From a virus (taxonomy: Duplodnaviria > Caudoviricetes), in the IMG/VR virus record IMGVR_UViG_3300032431_000082, positions 1 to 62,178 of that record: DNA of 62,178 nucleotides; one strand, given 5' to 3'. Below, piece by piece: positions 30,280 through 41,192 of the stretch. Every line of letters starts with the position of its first letter. Position 1 is the stretch's first letter. The notes under the pieces were generated by a model. It was not told where the DNA came from. It did not search any database and saw nothing but the letters and a program-made list of their open reading frames with translations. A program made the translations under genes and the position numbers.

Positions 30280-30684
30280 ATGCGATTCAGGGGCTTGAAG
30301 GTGTATAAGAATGGCACCTGGGAGTTATGTGATGGGTATGCTGCAGAGGGTGGGTTCTATGATAACTTTCACTTACCCCCACATGGGAGGGTAGACCCTG
30401 ACGGTAACCCACAGACTATAGAGTTACAGGGAGGGCGCCCCCCACTAGAGTTATGGGTAGATAGTAAGTACCTATACGACATCTACACAGACGTAAGTAT
30501 TACACCAGAAGGAGCTGGGTTCTACGCCCTAACGGGTGTAGTAGTAACGGGCATAGATATCAAGCATGGGCGTGGTAATGGGTTGATGACCATTGAGTCG
30601 TTAGTGGGTAGGTATGCGGGGTTAGTGCATAGGTGTGAGAAGTGGTGCGAGGCAGAGGTACGTGATATTATCTGCCTGAACTAG
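30280..30684 (+). CDS. Hypothetical protein
   Basis: Probable start at MRFRGLK (30280), which avoids overlap with the upstream gene. Confidence 0.55.
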   Translation: MRFRGLKVYKNGTWELCDGYAAEGGFYDNFHLPPHGRVDPDGNPQTIELQGGRPPLELWVDSKYLYDIYTDVSITPEGAGFYALTGVVVTGIDIKHGRGNGLMTIESLVGRYAGLVHRCEKWCEAEVRDIICLN

Positions 30685-30697
30685 GGGGGTATATGTT

Positions 30698-33600
30698 ATG
30701 GGTGGTAGTGGGTGGGATGAGGGGTACATGCAGAGATACCCTACGCAGCAGTATGGGCATGGGGTACGTAATGATATTAGTAATACAGGGATGCGGCCTA
30801 TTAGTAGTAGGGGAGGTAGTAGTAAGTTAGTAAGAGGTGTCATTACCAATATAGCAGATGCGGATACGTTCACCGTAAAGATAGACGGTGATAGGAAGAT
30901 TATAAGGTTAGAGGGTGTAGATGCGCCAGAGTTATCGCACAAGTCCCAGGTATGGGATGCGTTAAACCCATGGAGTAGGTACAGTAATAGTAATGGGTAC
31001 AACCCTCTATCAGCAGTAGGTAAAGCATTCAATCAACCATTTGGGTGGGAAGGTACAGAACGTGTCAAAGAGTTAGTAGGTGATGGTACTGTATCTGTAT
31101 CATTTAAGGAGAAGGATAAGTTTGGTAGGTACGTAGGAGACATCATTACGGGGGAGGGTAAGTCTGTAGCTCAGACCCTTATAAAAGAAGGGTATGCACA
31201 CCCATACCAACCAGGCACTAGGTTCTATAGTAGCGATGTCTTCACGCCTGAACTACGGAAGGAGTGGTTAAAGACGGTAGAGCAAGGTAAGGGATTATAC
31301 AGTGACCCCTCTTACATAATGCCAGTTGAGTATAAGCATCCAACAATAGGTACTATAGTATCTATGCTCATACCACTACAAGAGAGTACTGCATCTAAAA
31401 CTAATAGGGCATTAATAGAGCGTCAGGTAGTAGAAGACAGAGCCAAGGCATTAGGTATACCGCAAGGATTTGCATCACTAGCAAGCAAAGATCAGGGGTA
31501 TTTACTCCCTGCATCTATGGGTGGTTCGTACTTCTATGCCCGTGGTCAATACAATGCCCTAATGAGGCAAGCAGGGCTAACTGAGAACATAATAACTAAT
31601 GATGATGCGTCAGTAGCCACGTCAATGTACCAGGTGGGGTATTTAGCGAAGCATGGGCGTAACGCAAACTCATTACCACAGGACGTGGGCAGTACTGTAG
31701 TGGCGGGTGCATTAGTAGGTACATTAATGGGCGGGCTCAGTGGCCGTGTAGGTGGGGCCCTAATAGGCACATTAGCGGGTGGGTTACTAGGTGCAGGTGT
31801 AGGGTTAACGACATCCTATGTGACACAGTACGATAAGGAGTTAACTGGTGGGGGCTTAGGTGCGGCCATCAATGAGTGGGGCGCTAGTAATGATTGGGGT
31901 AGATTATATAAGGATGAGGTAGGGTTCATACCCTCAATAACGGGATTAATAGGTAGGGTATTAGATAGGACGTACCTATATGCCTCACCTAGTGGTGCAC
32001 TGTGGGGTGATAAGGATAATGGGCAGGTAATAGGTAAGGGAGGCTTAAGTTACCCAGGGGAGAGTAAGGGGTTCTTCGAGACGTTCTTGAGTAAGGGGAC
32101 AGAGATAGCGATAGGTGCAGCATCATCTGTGGCTCTGTATTTAGCGATAGGTGAACCTATTAACATCCTCTTAGGGGAGATGATGAAAGGTGAGGTGGAA
32201 TCCCTAATTAATGTGGGTGCCTCCGCTAATACCTTCAGAGGGGGTATGGTACAGGGTATCTTTGCTAGACAGTTAACTACGGGCATGGGTATAGGGGCAA
32301 CCAATGTAACGGAGTATAGGGAGGAGTTACTGCGTGAGATAGGTAGTACCACTAGGGCAGACTATGAGGGGTTAGAGAGGGCCCGGTCTATGGTGGATTA
32401 CTTATCTGTAGAAAGGAAGGCAGTAGTAGGCTCACAGATAATGGTGCAGCATGACCCACGCACTACTAAAGGTAAGGCACTATTAGAATCTGCCATGGCA
32501 GACCTTCAGAGAATGGAGGGGGCGTATGGTATGAAAGGGTTCTATTCACTAGATAGGATGGGTGCGAGTGTGTACCACATGTCTACCTTGACGAGAGAGA
32601 GGTCTGGTACATTGATGGAGAACACGCTCAAGCCATTTATCTTAGAGCACATAGACCCATACACTGAGGGGTCGGAAGGGGCTAGAGAATTGCGTAAGGG
32701 GTTGAGTAATGTAGTCAATGAGATGAAGAGACCAGCCTTCCTTGATGTAGAGCTCAATGATAGTTCTAGTAGAGCACTGGCATTCATTAGGGATGTAGAA
32801 GAGAGGAGTCAGGTACTACTACAAGCTAATCCCCGTATTAGTAATGCGTGGCAGCAAGCGAGGGCGGATGTAGTACTGACGGGTAAGTATGCGAAGGTAG
32901 ATGATGATATAGCCAATGTCACATTCAGGTTAAAGAATGCTGGCAAGGATAGGGCATCACGTGTAGCGTCTGTAATACAGGAGGTATTGGACCTTGTACC
33001 ATTACCTATAACGCAATTCAGGGCAGTGAGTAAGCACTTCGGTGGTGGTGTGGAGAGTTCTAAAGACATCAAGGTACTGGGTGATATATTCTCCTTCGAT
33101 GAGGTAACTAATTCAATAGGGCGCGCACTGCAAGGTACAGGTGGGTTAAGTGAGTACTTAGCAGAGTACAAGGCCTTGAGTAATACCCTCGGCCCTGATC
33201 TGGGTGTATTGAATGCAATAACAGAAGGCCCAGGTAGGATACTCCAGCACATTAAAGAGAGGCGTGAGGTAGTGAAGTCTTTAGAGGCATCCTCAGTAGC
33301 TATATCGAAGATGGAGAGGTCACTGTTTGCTAGCGGTAATATAAGGTGGGGGCATGAGATACCTGCGGATATGCTGCAGAGGGTAGAGGATGAGGTAGTA
33401 CAGGGTATGAAGGCCATGAACCCTGCATTGGATATAGCGAGTACTAAGGTGCAGGCAGAGATATATAGAGCTACGCAGATGAAGTTAGGGCCATTAGTAG
33501 ATCCATTAGTAAGAGAGATAACATTAATAGATGATGTGATGTTAGATGTCCTCAAGATACCAGGGGCGAGGGGTGAGGTAGGTTCTAAGGCGATGTCCAT

Positions 33601-36600
33601 TATAGGGGAGACACTGAGGTCACGGCAGCACGCATCATACATGTCTGGCGTGACTAAGAAGAAGTTAGATAGGGTGCGTGCGGGGTGGGGGAAGGATGCC
33701 ACATCTGGTGTTACTAAAGGTAAGTTAGGTACTGCAGCGATTAGTATCATAGCCCTCAGCCTATTCGCGGAGAAGTTAGTGCGTACGACTGATGGGGTAT
33801 CTATATTCACCCAATTAACTACGGCCCTATCACTGAGGGCTGAGGGTATACAGGTATCTAGTGAATTTAAAGGGGATGCGTTACTGCCAACAGTAGCCGG
33901 TATGCCACTAGATTACCTATTAGCGGCAGGGTTATTCGTGCCAGCACATTACATTGCCTCCGCTAAGCAGGGACAGCGAATACTCACGTACGCCATGAGA
34001 AGGGATACGGTAGCGAAGGCATTGAATATTACAGCCAGTGAGTTATCTGGTGCCATTAGTGGTGCAGTACCACACCCGAAGGTAACATCCTTTAATGGGG
34101 GGATGGTAGGAATAGAACTATTCCCTAATACACCGCGCGTAGTACTGCACATGAGTGGTGTGGAAGATGACTTCATGCGTATGTCGTTCGCAGCCTTAGA
34201 AGGTAATAAGTGGAGGAATACGGCTGCCGCATGGGCACTATCATTAGTAGCGATGACAGTCTTAACAAAGGGCATTGCAGGGGCAATGAATACCTCAAGG
34301 AGTATGACATCATCGGGGACATTAGATAGTACAGTCCTTGGGTCATTAGGGGCAGTAGCTGCCGGCAGTATACTAGGACGCACGATGGGAGGTAAGGGTA
34401 TCGTATTAGGTACGATAGTTGGGGCAGTAGTAGGTGCGGCCATAGGTACCGTGACATCTTCAATGAGAGAAGGTAGAGAGGGTACATTAGACCCTATAGC
34501 ATTGGGATTAGTGGGTGTAGGTGTGGGTAAGGCAGTAGGTGGTAAGGGTAGGAGGGGATTGGCAGGGGCCCTTATAGGAGGTGGGTTGGGATTAGTAGCG
34601 GGTATGTTCACATCATTCCTGAAGGTAGGGAGGGATGATTGGGAGACAGTGAATAAGAAGGAAGGCACTATACTCGCAGACATGACAACGTACGTCAAAA
34701 GGGTGAAGGATAGGGCGAGGGCGGGGGATGCTTCACGCCTTGAGTTAATGGGCGCTTACTATGCGATGGGGTGGATGAAGACCTTACGTGGTAAGGAACA
34801 GGAACCAGGCTATGTAAGAGGAGGTACACAGGTCATAGCGAAGCAGGCCGTACTCCCTAACCTGCAGATGTTCATGGCGGAGAGTATAAAGGGTGCGACC
34901 TATAATGAAGATGGGTCTATGAGGACTATGGGTACATCCTATTACTCTGTAGGTATACAGGGCCCTATTGTAACGGGTATATCTATCCCCATACCATTAC
35001 CATTCAAGGTCACAAGGGATGCTAGGGGGACTGTAGGTTTGGCCCTGAATGAAGACCCTAATGTTGGGACATTTATGGGTGACTTCTCTACGGTACGTAC
35101 AGCAATACTGACGACACTCACTGGATTAGGATTGATAACAGGGACTGCTAACCTAGCACAGGCGGGTATACGGTCTCTGGCAACACGTACCCCATTCATG
35201 AAGAACATGTTAGATGGGGGGTGGGATAAAGGGATACGTGGGGTAGTGACTGCCTTAACGGATACGGCCCTAATACTACCGAGTAGTGCCTTACGCATCA
35301 GTATGTCAATGACTGGTGTAGATTATATGGTTGCTGGTAAGGCATTCATGCCGAAGGTAATGCCTGCGATACAATCCCCATCATCTATAGCGCAGGGGAT
35401 GTTGCAGACACCTACAACAATAGGTACCCGTTCCGCATTAACTGACCCATCATTCTATGGTAGACATATAGGTCGGGCCCTAATATGGGGTGTATTAGGG
35501 GCGGCAGCAGGTAGTGCCCTTGGTGCGGTGATGTCATCTAGTCCTACAGACCCTTACGCATCGCAGGCGGGGTCTACTACCGGTGGTGTAATAGGTGCAG
35601 TAGCAGGGAGTGGCTTGTATATGGCAGCGGCCCTAACTAAGGAGAGCCGCTTAGGGGCTGGCATTATATCCCGTATGGGGAGACCACGCATCCCATTACC
35701 TAATACATTGAAGAAGGTAATAGGTAGGGGGGCGGGTGTGCTAGCGCTTATGGCCACATTGGGGACGCTATTCACATCATCTACATTCGGTATAGCTATA
35801 GGTATGGATAAACCCCCCTCATGGTCTGGGTACCAGGAGAGAGGTAATGCTGCATTCAATGCTGAATCCACACGCAAGTTAGAGGGCGAGTACTTCCCCT
35901 CATGGGTACCTATATTAGGGTACAAGGCACCAACGGATGCGACAGGTGCCATCCCCAACTTAGAGGCAGGGGGGTGGACATATCAGAGGGCTATGACAGT
36001 GGCGATGTATGCAACTGTAAGTACTGCTGCCATGACGATGTACGGTGGCATGGGGAAGAGTGCCGGGGATACAGTAGATGAGTACATGAGATTAGTACGT
36101 AGGAAGAGACCGGCCCCTACAGATAATATAATGGCGCAAGCGAGGGAGAGTATATTGCAGTGGAAGGCATCGCACTTAGAGAAGGATATAGATACAATCT
36201 TGAGGAGGGGTCACGATATAGGTGGGGATGCACTAGCCAGTAACTTACAGGAGTACCATAATGCCTCGAAGGTTCTATACGATAATAAGATACATAAGGC
36301 GGTACAGATAACCCCCAACATAAGCCAGGAAGTTGAGACGGCCCTCGATACAGTAGTCTCGAAAGGGCGCGGTATAGGTGTATCGTTGAAGTTATTACCT
36401 GACCTATTACCTAGGAGAGCATTAAAGGGTGCGACTCTATTAGGGGCAGTAGCATTAGGTGTAGGGTTAGTTACTGCATCTATGGGTAAAGATAGTATGG
36501 ATAGGTTATATGACCACTTAGATGGTGGCAATAGCCTAATGAGATCCATAGGGGATACAGTGCGGTTATTTACGGGCACTGATAGGTCTATTAATGAGGA

Positions 36601-39600
36601 GTCCCTATTAGCGAAGCAGTACGTTAAAGAGGGTGGTGGTATCAATCTCCTAACTAATAGGAAGATGTTGAAGGGTAGCAAAGAGTTAGGGGCTACTGCC
36701 AGTTCACTATGGAAGCAGATGTCAGAGTTAATAGTATTCGATGCCCCCAATGCGTTCGTGGGGGTGCAGGTACTAGGTGGTGTGACATTGAGGAGGGGCG
36801 AGTTTGGGGATAGAGTGACGCCATACTTACAGGTGCAAGGGGCGGGGGCTGACCTATCAACTGCCACGTACTCTATGTCCGCATCATTCCTCTTCAATTC
36901 AATAGGTACTAGTCAGGACTTACACTTCAATATGGTCAATGCCATGAGGGAGTTACAGACATTGACTAAGGAGAATGTACCAATAACTCAGGCCCATTTG
37001 AGGAGGGCATCTATAGGTATACTCTCGTACACTGCCAAGATGCAACCCTTAGCTAAGCCTAGAAAGTATAGTGTCCCTAGTGCGGGTGCCTTATCGGCTG
37101 CTGCTAAGGATCCTTTGATAGCTCTCGCACTATCACATAGGCAAGCGGTCACTAAGCAGATGGCGCATCAGCCCCCTGAGTCATTAATATCGGCCATGTT
37201 GAAGGAGGATATGAATCCAGCCTATAACGGTATGGATAGTAGTCTAATGGGGGCGATACTCACGGGTAGTAAGTTAATAAGTAGTACCTTCGGGAATATG
37301 ATGAGGGAGGTACGCATACATGGTATCAAAGCGTTCAGTGTGAGTAAGAATGGTCTGAGGGATGACACTGTCCCGCTAGCGCAAGGGGAGTGGATTGAGG
37401 ATGAAGTAGCAACTGGTATAAGTGGTAAGACATCCTTAACGGATAGTCCCCTATGGACACCCGCTCGTATGTTACTAGGGGTACTACCTACACCTATAGC
37501 GTATACAGTAGGGCTGACAGCAGTAGGTACATTGGGTATGTTTGCTGCTGCATCAGTAGGTGGGTTCTTCTTGAATAGGGAAGTGAATGCCATAGAGGAA
37601 GCATTAGATAAACATTACTCTAGGGATTGGTTCTTACGTAGGAAGGTGGGTGAGTACGAGATATACCCACATAGGGTGGCGAGAGTAGTATCCCCTGCCG
37701 GTACACAATTGACCCCCCATAACCTATATACGATAAGTGAGGGTAAGCATGGGGCGATGTACTCAATAAACCCACACCTTACGGATAATGTCACTACTAG
37801 GGGTGTGGCACAGAGTGCTGTGATATTACCACCTGCTAAGGTACACCAGATTGTAGAGATAGCGCAAGACGCCATCAATAGTTCCTTGAAGACTAATGGT
37901 GTCCTATTTGGTGATTACATGAGGACACAACCGTACCTACAGCAAGTTACTAATGCCGTGACTAATGTACACGGTAAGCCTATGCGGGTCAGTACATTAG
38001 TAGATGAGATATCATCGCCAGTATTGGATGTAGTTGATAGGTACTTCACTGCCTTAGACAATACATCTCTAGTTAGTAAGGTATTAGTTGGTAAGGATGT
38101 AGTAGAGTATAGGGTACCATTCCTATCGATATTCACTAATGCCCCTATAGAGCAGATAGTAGCGAACCCTAAGTCATGGGGAAGTGTTTATGGGGAGGGG
38201 TTCCAGGCATCTATAGCGAATAGGTTTGCGGATGGTATGCAGCCATACAATACAGTAGTAACACCCACGGGGGTAGAGTTATTAGACCCTGTGGGCACCT
38301 ATAAGGATGAGATAAAGAAGGTAATAAGGGAGGTAGTGGAGAGCGAGTTACACCAGTCAGGCTCCCTATTGAAGTTGAATAAGGGGGCGGTGAAGACTGA
38401 TGAGGATGGGATACTCCACTTAGTGCAGAGGGCATTGGATAAGCTAAGAGATAAGGGCGGGCCCCTAGGGAAGATGAGGCATGAATGGGCAGGTATGGCG
38501 ACACCCTTGCCCTTAGATGTAGCGGATAGGTTTGAGGAACTATTGGGTGAGAGTATAGATATGGGTCATAATGCCACGCCCCACGCTACCACACAACCAG
38601 GTAGGAGGATGGGGCCGGGTGTATCATCAACACCCCGTGGTATAGGTGGCGGTATGTCTGATGCAGAGTGGAGAGCTAGGAGGAGTAAGCCTACCAATTG
38701 GGGGAAGGTACAGAAAGGTGCAGGGGTTCTGACAGAGACACTATTCTCAGTGTTCAGTCTATTCGAGGCCACTGATATATGGGGGGCATTCGGTAGGGCG
38801 GCAGAAGCTTATGCACCCGACTCCACTTATACAACAGGGGAGCAGAAGGAGTTAGCACAAGAGGCTGGGTATGTAGGGGCTATGAGCTTACTATCCGCCG
38901 GTGTGATGGCTGGCGTAATGTTTGTAGGCGGTAAGTTGGTAGCCGGTATAGGGGTTATGGTTGGATTAGCGGGGGCATTAATTACAGGAGGTGTAGGGTT
39001 AACCTTCGGTAGTATTGCCTCTTTAGTGGGTCTAGGATTATTAGCTATAGGTGCGATAGGGACAGCCACGTACGGTCTAGTTAACTTACTAGCACCGCAG
39101 GGTATAAAAGATTCAGTCAATGGGTGGGTTAGTAATACAGGGTCTGCAATAGGTAAAGGATTAGGGGGTGCCGGCACTGCGATAACTACAGGTGTGACAG
39201 CGACTGCTAAGGGGGTATCTAAGGTATTTGATTGGTCTGTAAATACATTAGCCAATACTGTAGACACAGTAGGTAAGAAGACAGGTGCCACAGGTGTAGC
39301 TATGTTAGGTGGTGCGATAGGCGGTATTGCATTAGGGGGTGCTATAGCCAGCCTATCGTATGTGGCGGGTAGTGGGGCAGTAATGGCTGCTGGTGCGGGT
39401 ATAGCGGGTGTATTAGGATTAGGGGCCGGTGCTGCTGCGATAGCGGGTGGGGCAGTTATAGCGGGAGGTGTAGCTTTAACTAGTGCCTTAGTAATGGGGT
39501 TATGGGGGACGCTAGACCCGAAGGGGATGCAGAGAGTATGGAGTAAGATTACATCCACCCTATCGGGGGCTACTAAAGATGTGCCTATGATAGGGGAGGG

Positions 39601-40327
39601 ATTCCTTGCTACTAAGAGGGGTACGTGGTTGCAGGGGTATACCAACCCTATGGGTTCAGATAGTCCATTCTTTGTAGGTACAGCGCAGCAAGCGATAGAG
39701 TGGGAGTTCCAGAAGACTATAGAGCTCAATATGGATTACACGGGGGATAGGGTAGCATCATCTATCGTAGACCCATCCATATATGGGTACAGCCCTACAG
39801 CCCCCACCAATAGTGCACTGAGACCTGACTCTGTAGTAGATAATATGATCTCCTCTGAGATTAAGTTACGTGGTCAGTTACATAATCAGACCATCATAGG
39901 GCAGTACATATGGAGGTCTATACTATCATCTGCCAGTAATAAGGAGGTCATCCTCAAGGAGGAGAGGAGGCACATACAAGCCTCATATGATAGGGTGGTT
40001 GCTATTATGGCCCCCAGTGCAGTGGCTGGGACTACCCTATCAATTAGGGAGCAAGTAGATATGAAGGCAGTCGCTACTCTTACTGCATCCATTAAGAAGG
40101 CAGTATCTGATGGTACACCGAAGGGCGTGACCTTAAAGGTGAACTTACCAGCAGCGCACCCTAGTAGTATACAGGCCCCCACGCCTGCCCCTCTGATGGT
40201 AGATAAGGCCCGGTCTACTACCAATCAGAAGGTTGTGGTAAAGAAGACTTACAGCCCATTGAATGTGTACTTCATGGATGTTGTAATACAAGCCGTCGCA
40301 TACCCCGGGCATAGCGCCTTAACGTAG
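30698..40327 (+). CDS. Giant tape-measure-like / ejection protein with N-terminal thermonuclease (SNase) domain
   Basis: IADADTF...IRLEGVDAPEL...DKFGRY.G...LIKEGYA matches staphylococcal nuclease motifs. The remainder is helical with many Gly/Ala-rich hydrophobic glycine-zipper segments. Confidence 0.7.
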   Translation: MGGSGWDEGYMQRYPTQQYGHGVRNDISNTGMRPISSRGGSSKLVRGVITNIADADTFTVKIDGDRKIIRLEGVDAPELSHKSQVWDALNPWSRYSNSNGYNPLSAVGKAFNQPFGWEGTERVKELVGDGTVSVSFKEKDKFGRYVGDIITGEGKSVAQTLIKEGYAHPYQPGTRFYSSDVFTPELRKEWLKTVEQGKGLYSDPSYIMPVEYKHPTIGTIVSMLIPLQESTASKTNRALIERQVVEDRAKALGIPQGFASLASKDQGYLLPASMGGSYFYARGQYNALMRQAGLTENIITNDDASVATSMYQVGYLAKHGRNANSLPQDVGSTVVAGALVGTLMGGLSGRVGGALIGTLAGGLLGAGVGLTTSYVTQYDKELTGGGLGAAINEWGASNDWGRLYKDEVGFIPSITGLIGRVLDRTYLYASPSGALWGDKDNGQVIGKGGLSYPGESKGFFETFLSKGTEIAIGAASSVALYLAIGEPINILLGEMMKGEVESLINVGASANTFRGGMVQGIFARQLTTGMGIGATNVTEYREELLREIGSTTRADYEGLERARSMVDYLSVERKAVVGSQIMVQHDPRTTKGKALLESAMADLQRMEGAYGMKGFYSLDRMGASVYHMSTLTRERSGTLMENTLKPFILEHIDPYTEGSEGARELRKGLSNVVNEMKRPAFLDVELNDSSSRALAFIRDVEERSQVLLQANPRISNAWQQARADVVLTGKYAKVDDDIANVTFRLKNAGKDRASRVASVIQEVLDLVPLPITQFRAVSKHFGGGVESSKDIKVLGDIFSFDEVTNSIGRALQGTGGLSEYLAEYKALSNTLGPDLGVLNAITEGPGRILQHIKERREVVKSLEASSVAISKMERSLFASGNIRWGHEIPADMLQRVEDEVVQGMKAMNPALDIASTKVQAEIYRATQMKLGPLVDPLVREITLIDDVMLDVLKIPGARGEVGSKAMSIIGETLRSRQHASYMSGVTKKKLDRVRAGWGKDATSGVTKGKLGTAAISIIALSLFAEKLVRTTDGVSIFTQLTTALSLRAEGIQVSSEFKGDALLPTVAGMPLDYLLAAGLFVPAHYIASAKQGQRILTYAMRRDTVAKALNITASELSGAISGAVPHPKVTSFNGGMVGIELFPNTPRVVLHMSGVEDDFMRMSFAALEGNKWRNTAAAWALSLVAMTVLTKGIAGAMNTSRSMTSSGTLDSTVLGSLGAVAAGSILGRTMGGKGIVLGTIVGAVVGAAIGTVTSSMREGREGTLDPIALGLVGVGVGKAVGGKGRRGLAGALIGGGLGLVAGMFTSFLKVGRDDWETVNKKEGTILADMTTYVKRVKDRARAGDASRLELMGAYYAMGWMKTLRGKEQEPGYVRGGTQVIAKQAVLPNLQMFMAESIKGATYNEDGSMRTMGTSYYSVGIQGPIVTGISIPIPLPFKVTRDARGTVGLALNEDPNVGTFMGDFSTVRTAILTTLTGLGLITGTANLAQAGIRSLATRTPFMKNMLDGGWDKGIRGVVTALTDTALILPSSALRISMSMTGVDYMVAGKAFMPKVMPAIQSPSSIAQGMLQTPTTIGTRSALTDPSFYGRHIGRALIWGVLGAAAGSALGAVMSSSPTDPYASQAGSTTGGVIGAVAGSGLYMAAALTKESRLGAGIISRMGRPRIPLPNTLKKVIGRGAGVLALMATLGTLFTSSTFGIAIGMDKPPSWSGYQERGNAAFNAESTRKLEGEYFPSWVPILGYKAPTDATGAIPNLEAGGWTYQRAMTVAMYATVSTAAMTMYGGMGKSAGDTVDEYMRLVRRKRPAPTDNIMAQARESILQWKASHLEKDIDTILRRGHDIGGDALASNLQEYHNASKVLYDNKIHKAVQITPNISQEVETALDTVVSKGRGIGVSLKLLPDLLPRRALKGATLLGAVALGVGLVTASMGKDSMDRLYDHLDGGNSLMRSIGDTVRLFTGTDRSINEESLLAKQYVKEGGGINLLTNRKMLKGSKELGATASSLWKQMSELIVFDAPNAFVGVQVLGGVTLRRGEFGDRVTPYLQVQGAGADLSTATYSMSASFLFNSIGTSQDLHFNMVNAMRELQTLTKENVPITQAHLRRASIGILSYTAKMQPLAKPRKYSVPSAGALSAAAKDPLIALALSHRQAVTKQMAHQPPESLISAMLKEDMNPAYNGMDSSLMGAILTGSKLISSTFGNMMREVRIHGIKAFSVSKNGLRDDTVPLAQGEWIEDEVATGISGKTSLTDSPLWTPARMLLGVLPTPIAYTVGLTAVGTLGMFAAASVGGFFLNREVNAIEEALDKHYSRDWFLRRKVGEYEIYPHRVARVVSPAGTQLTPHNLYTISEGKHGAMYSINPHLTDNVTTRGVAQSAVILPPAKVHQIVEIAQDAINSSLKTNGVLFGDYMRTQPYLQQVTNAVTNVHGKPMRVSTLVDEISSPVLDVVDRYFTALDNTSLVSKVLVGKDVVEYRVPFLSIFTNAPIEQIVANPKSWGSVYGEGFQASIANRFADGMQPYNTVVTPTGVELLDPVGTYKDEIKKVIREVVESELHQSGSLLKLNKGAVKTDEDGILHLVQRALDKLRDKGGPLGKMRHEWAGMATPLPLDVADRFEELLGESIDMGHNATPHATTQPGRRMGPGVSSTPRGIGGGMSDAEWRARRSKPTNWGKVQKGAGVLTETLFSVFSLFEATDIWGAFGRAAEAYAPDSTYTTGEQKELAQEAGYVGAMSLLSAGVMAGVMFVGGKLVAGIGVMVGLAGALITGGVGLTFGSIASLVGLGLLAIGAIGTATYGLVNLLAPQGIKDSVNGWVSNTGSAIGKGLGGAGTAITTGVTATAKGVSKVFDWSVNTLANTVDTVGKKTGATGVAMLGGAIGGIALGGAIASLSYVAGSGAVMAAGAGIAGVLGLGAGAAAIAGGAVIAGGVALTSALVMGLWGTLDPKGMQRVWSKITSTLSGATKDVPMIGEGFLATKRGTWLQGYTNPMGSDSPFFVGTAQQAIEWEFQKTIELNMDYTGDRVASSIVDPSIYGYSPTAPTNSALRPDSVVDNMISSEIKLRGQLHNQTIIGQYIWRSILSSASNKEVILKEERRHIQASYDRVVAIMAPSAVAGTTLSIREQVDMKAVATLTASIKKAVSDGTPKGVTLKVNLPAAHPSSIQAPTPAPLMVDKARSTTNQKVVVKKTYSPLNVYFMDVVIQAVAYPGHSALT

Positions 40328-40442
40328 CTCATGGGATAACTAACCACAGTGCCCACATCAAGCATACACGCCCATATAACACACTCACCATATTGATAGA
40401 AATGGAGGTATAGAGACACGACAATGTAATAGGAAGTAATGA

Positions 40443-41192
40443 ATGCCGAGCCCTAATCCGATATATGATCACCTGAAGACGTACCTAAGATCAGGGTTCG
40501 CTACGGGTAATGATTGGGTAGTAGATGTACCTTGCGGTACAGTGACTATCACTAGCGAAGAGATGAGGTCAGCCCTTGGTATTGTATATAAGAACAATAG
40601 GTCGGGGCATAGATTGGCGGAGTATGTGTGGCGCACTGCGCGCAGTAGGGACGATATATCTAATGCCTATAACATAGACCCATCCACATTGAAGAGGCGG
40701 TGTGATAGGTGGATGGAGAACGTACTACTACAGTTACCACATGAATTGACTGGTAGTAATATCTCTGACCTCAGAGGGTACTGTAAGTTACCCATTACCT
40801 CTGATAAGAAGATGAGGGAGTCACTACTTATCTACATGAGGGATCAGTATAGTCATTACGGTGCCACAACCCCCTGGACATATAAAGATTATATAGTAGA
40901 GAAGCCAGCCTTGAAGGAAGCAATAAGGAAGATACACTTAACTGACCCGCACTTATTTAGCTTAGCAGAGCATATGTGGAGGGCATCCAGTATGTCCAAG
41001 AATAGTATTGCTAGGTATAAGAATACTGACCCATCAACCTTACGCAGGAACTGGGATAAGTTCCTCAATATGGTATTCAATTGGGCACTCAATGGTGATG
41101 TAGGGGATGGGGAACTACCACCTATTGACTTAGGGTTACTGGGGTCATACACTGTATACACGTACCCCAAAGGTAGTAACCCTTTATATTAA
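40443..41192 (+). CDS. Tandem-duplicated HTH protein, putative transcriptional regulator
   Basis: Two internal repeats: LAEYVWR...ISNAYNIDPSTLKRRCD and LAEHMWR...IARYKNTDPSTLRRNWD. Confidence 0.6.
   Translation: MPSPNPIYDHLKTYLRSGFATGNDWVVDVPCGTVTITSEEMRSALGIVYKNNRSGHRLAEYVWRTARSRDDISNAYNIDPSTLKRRCDRWMENVLLQLPHELTGSNISDLRGYCKLPITSDKKMRESLLIYMRDQYSHYGATTPWTYKDYIVEKPALKEAIRKIHLTDPHLFSLAEHMWRASSMSKNSIARYKNTDPSTLRRNWDKFLNMVFNWALNGDVGDGELPPIDLGLLGSYTVYTYPKGSNPLY

Noticed and set aside
32809-39729. Several 100-333-aa minus-strand ORFs
   Set aside because: All lie within the 3209-aa gene and reflect its codon bias.
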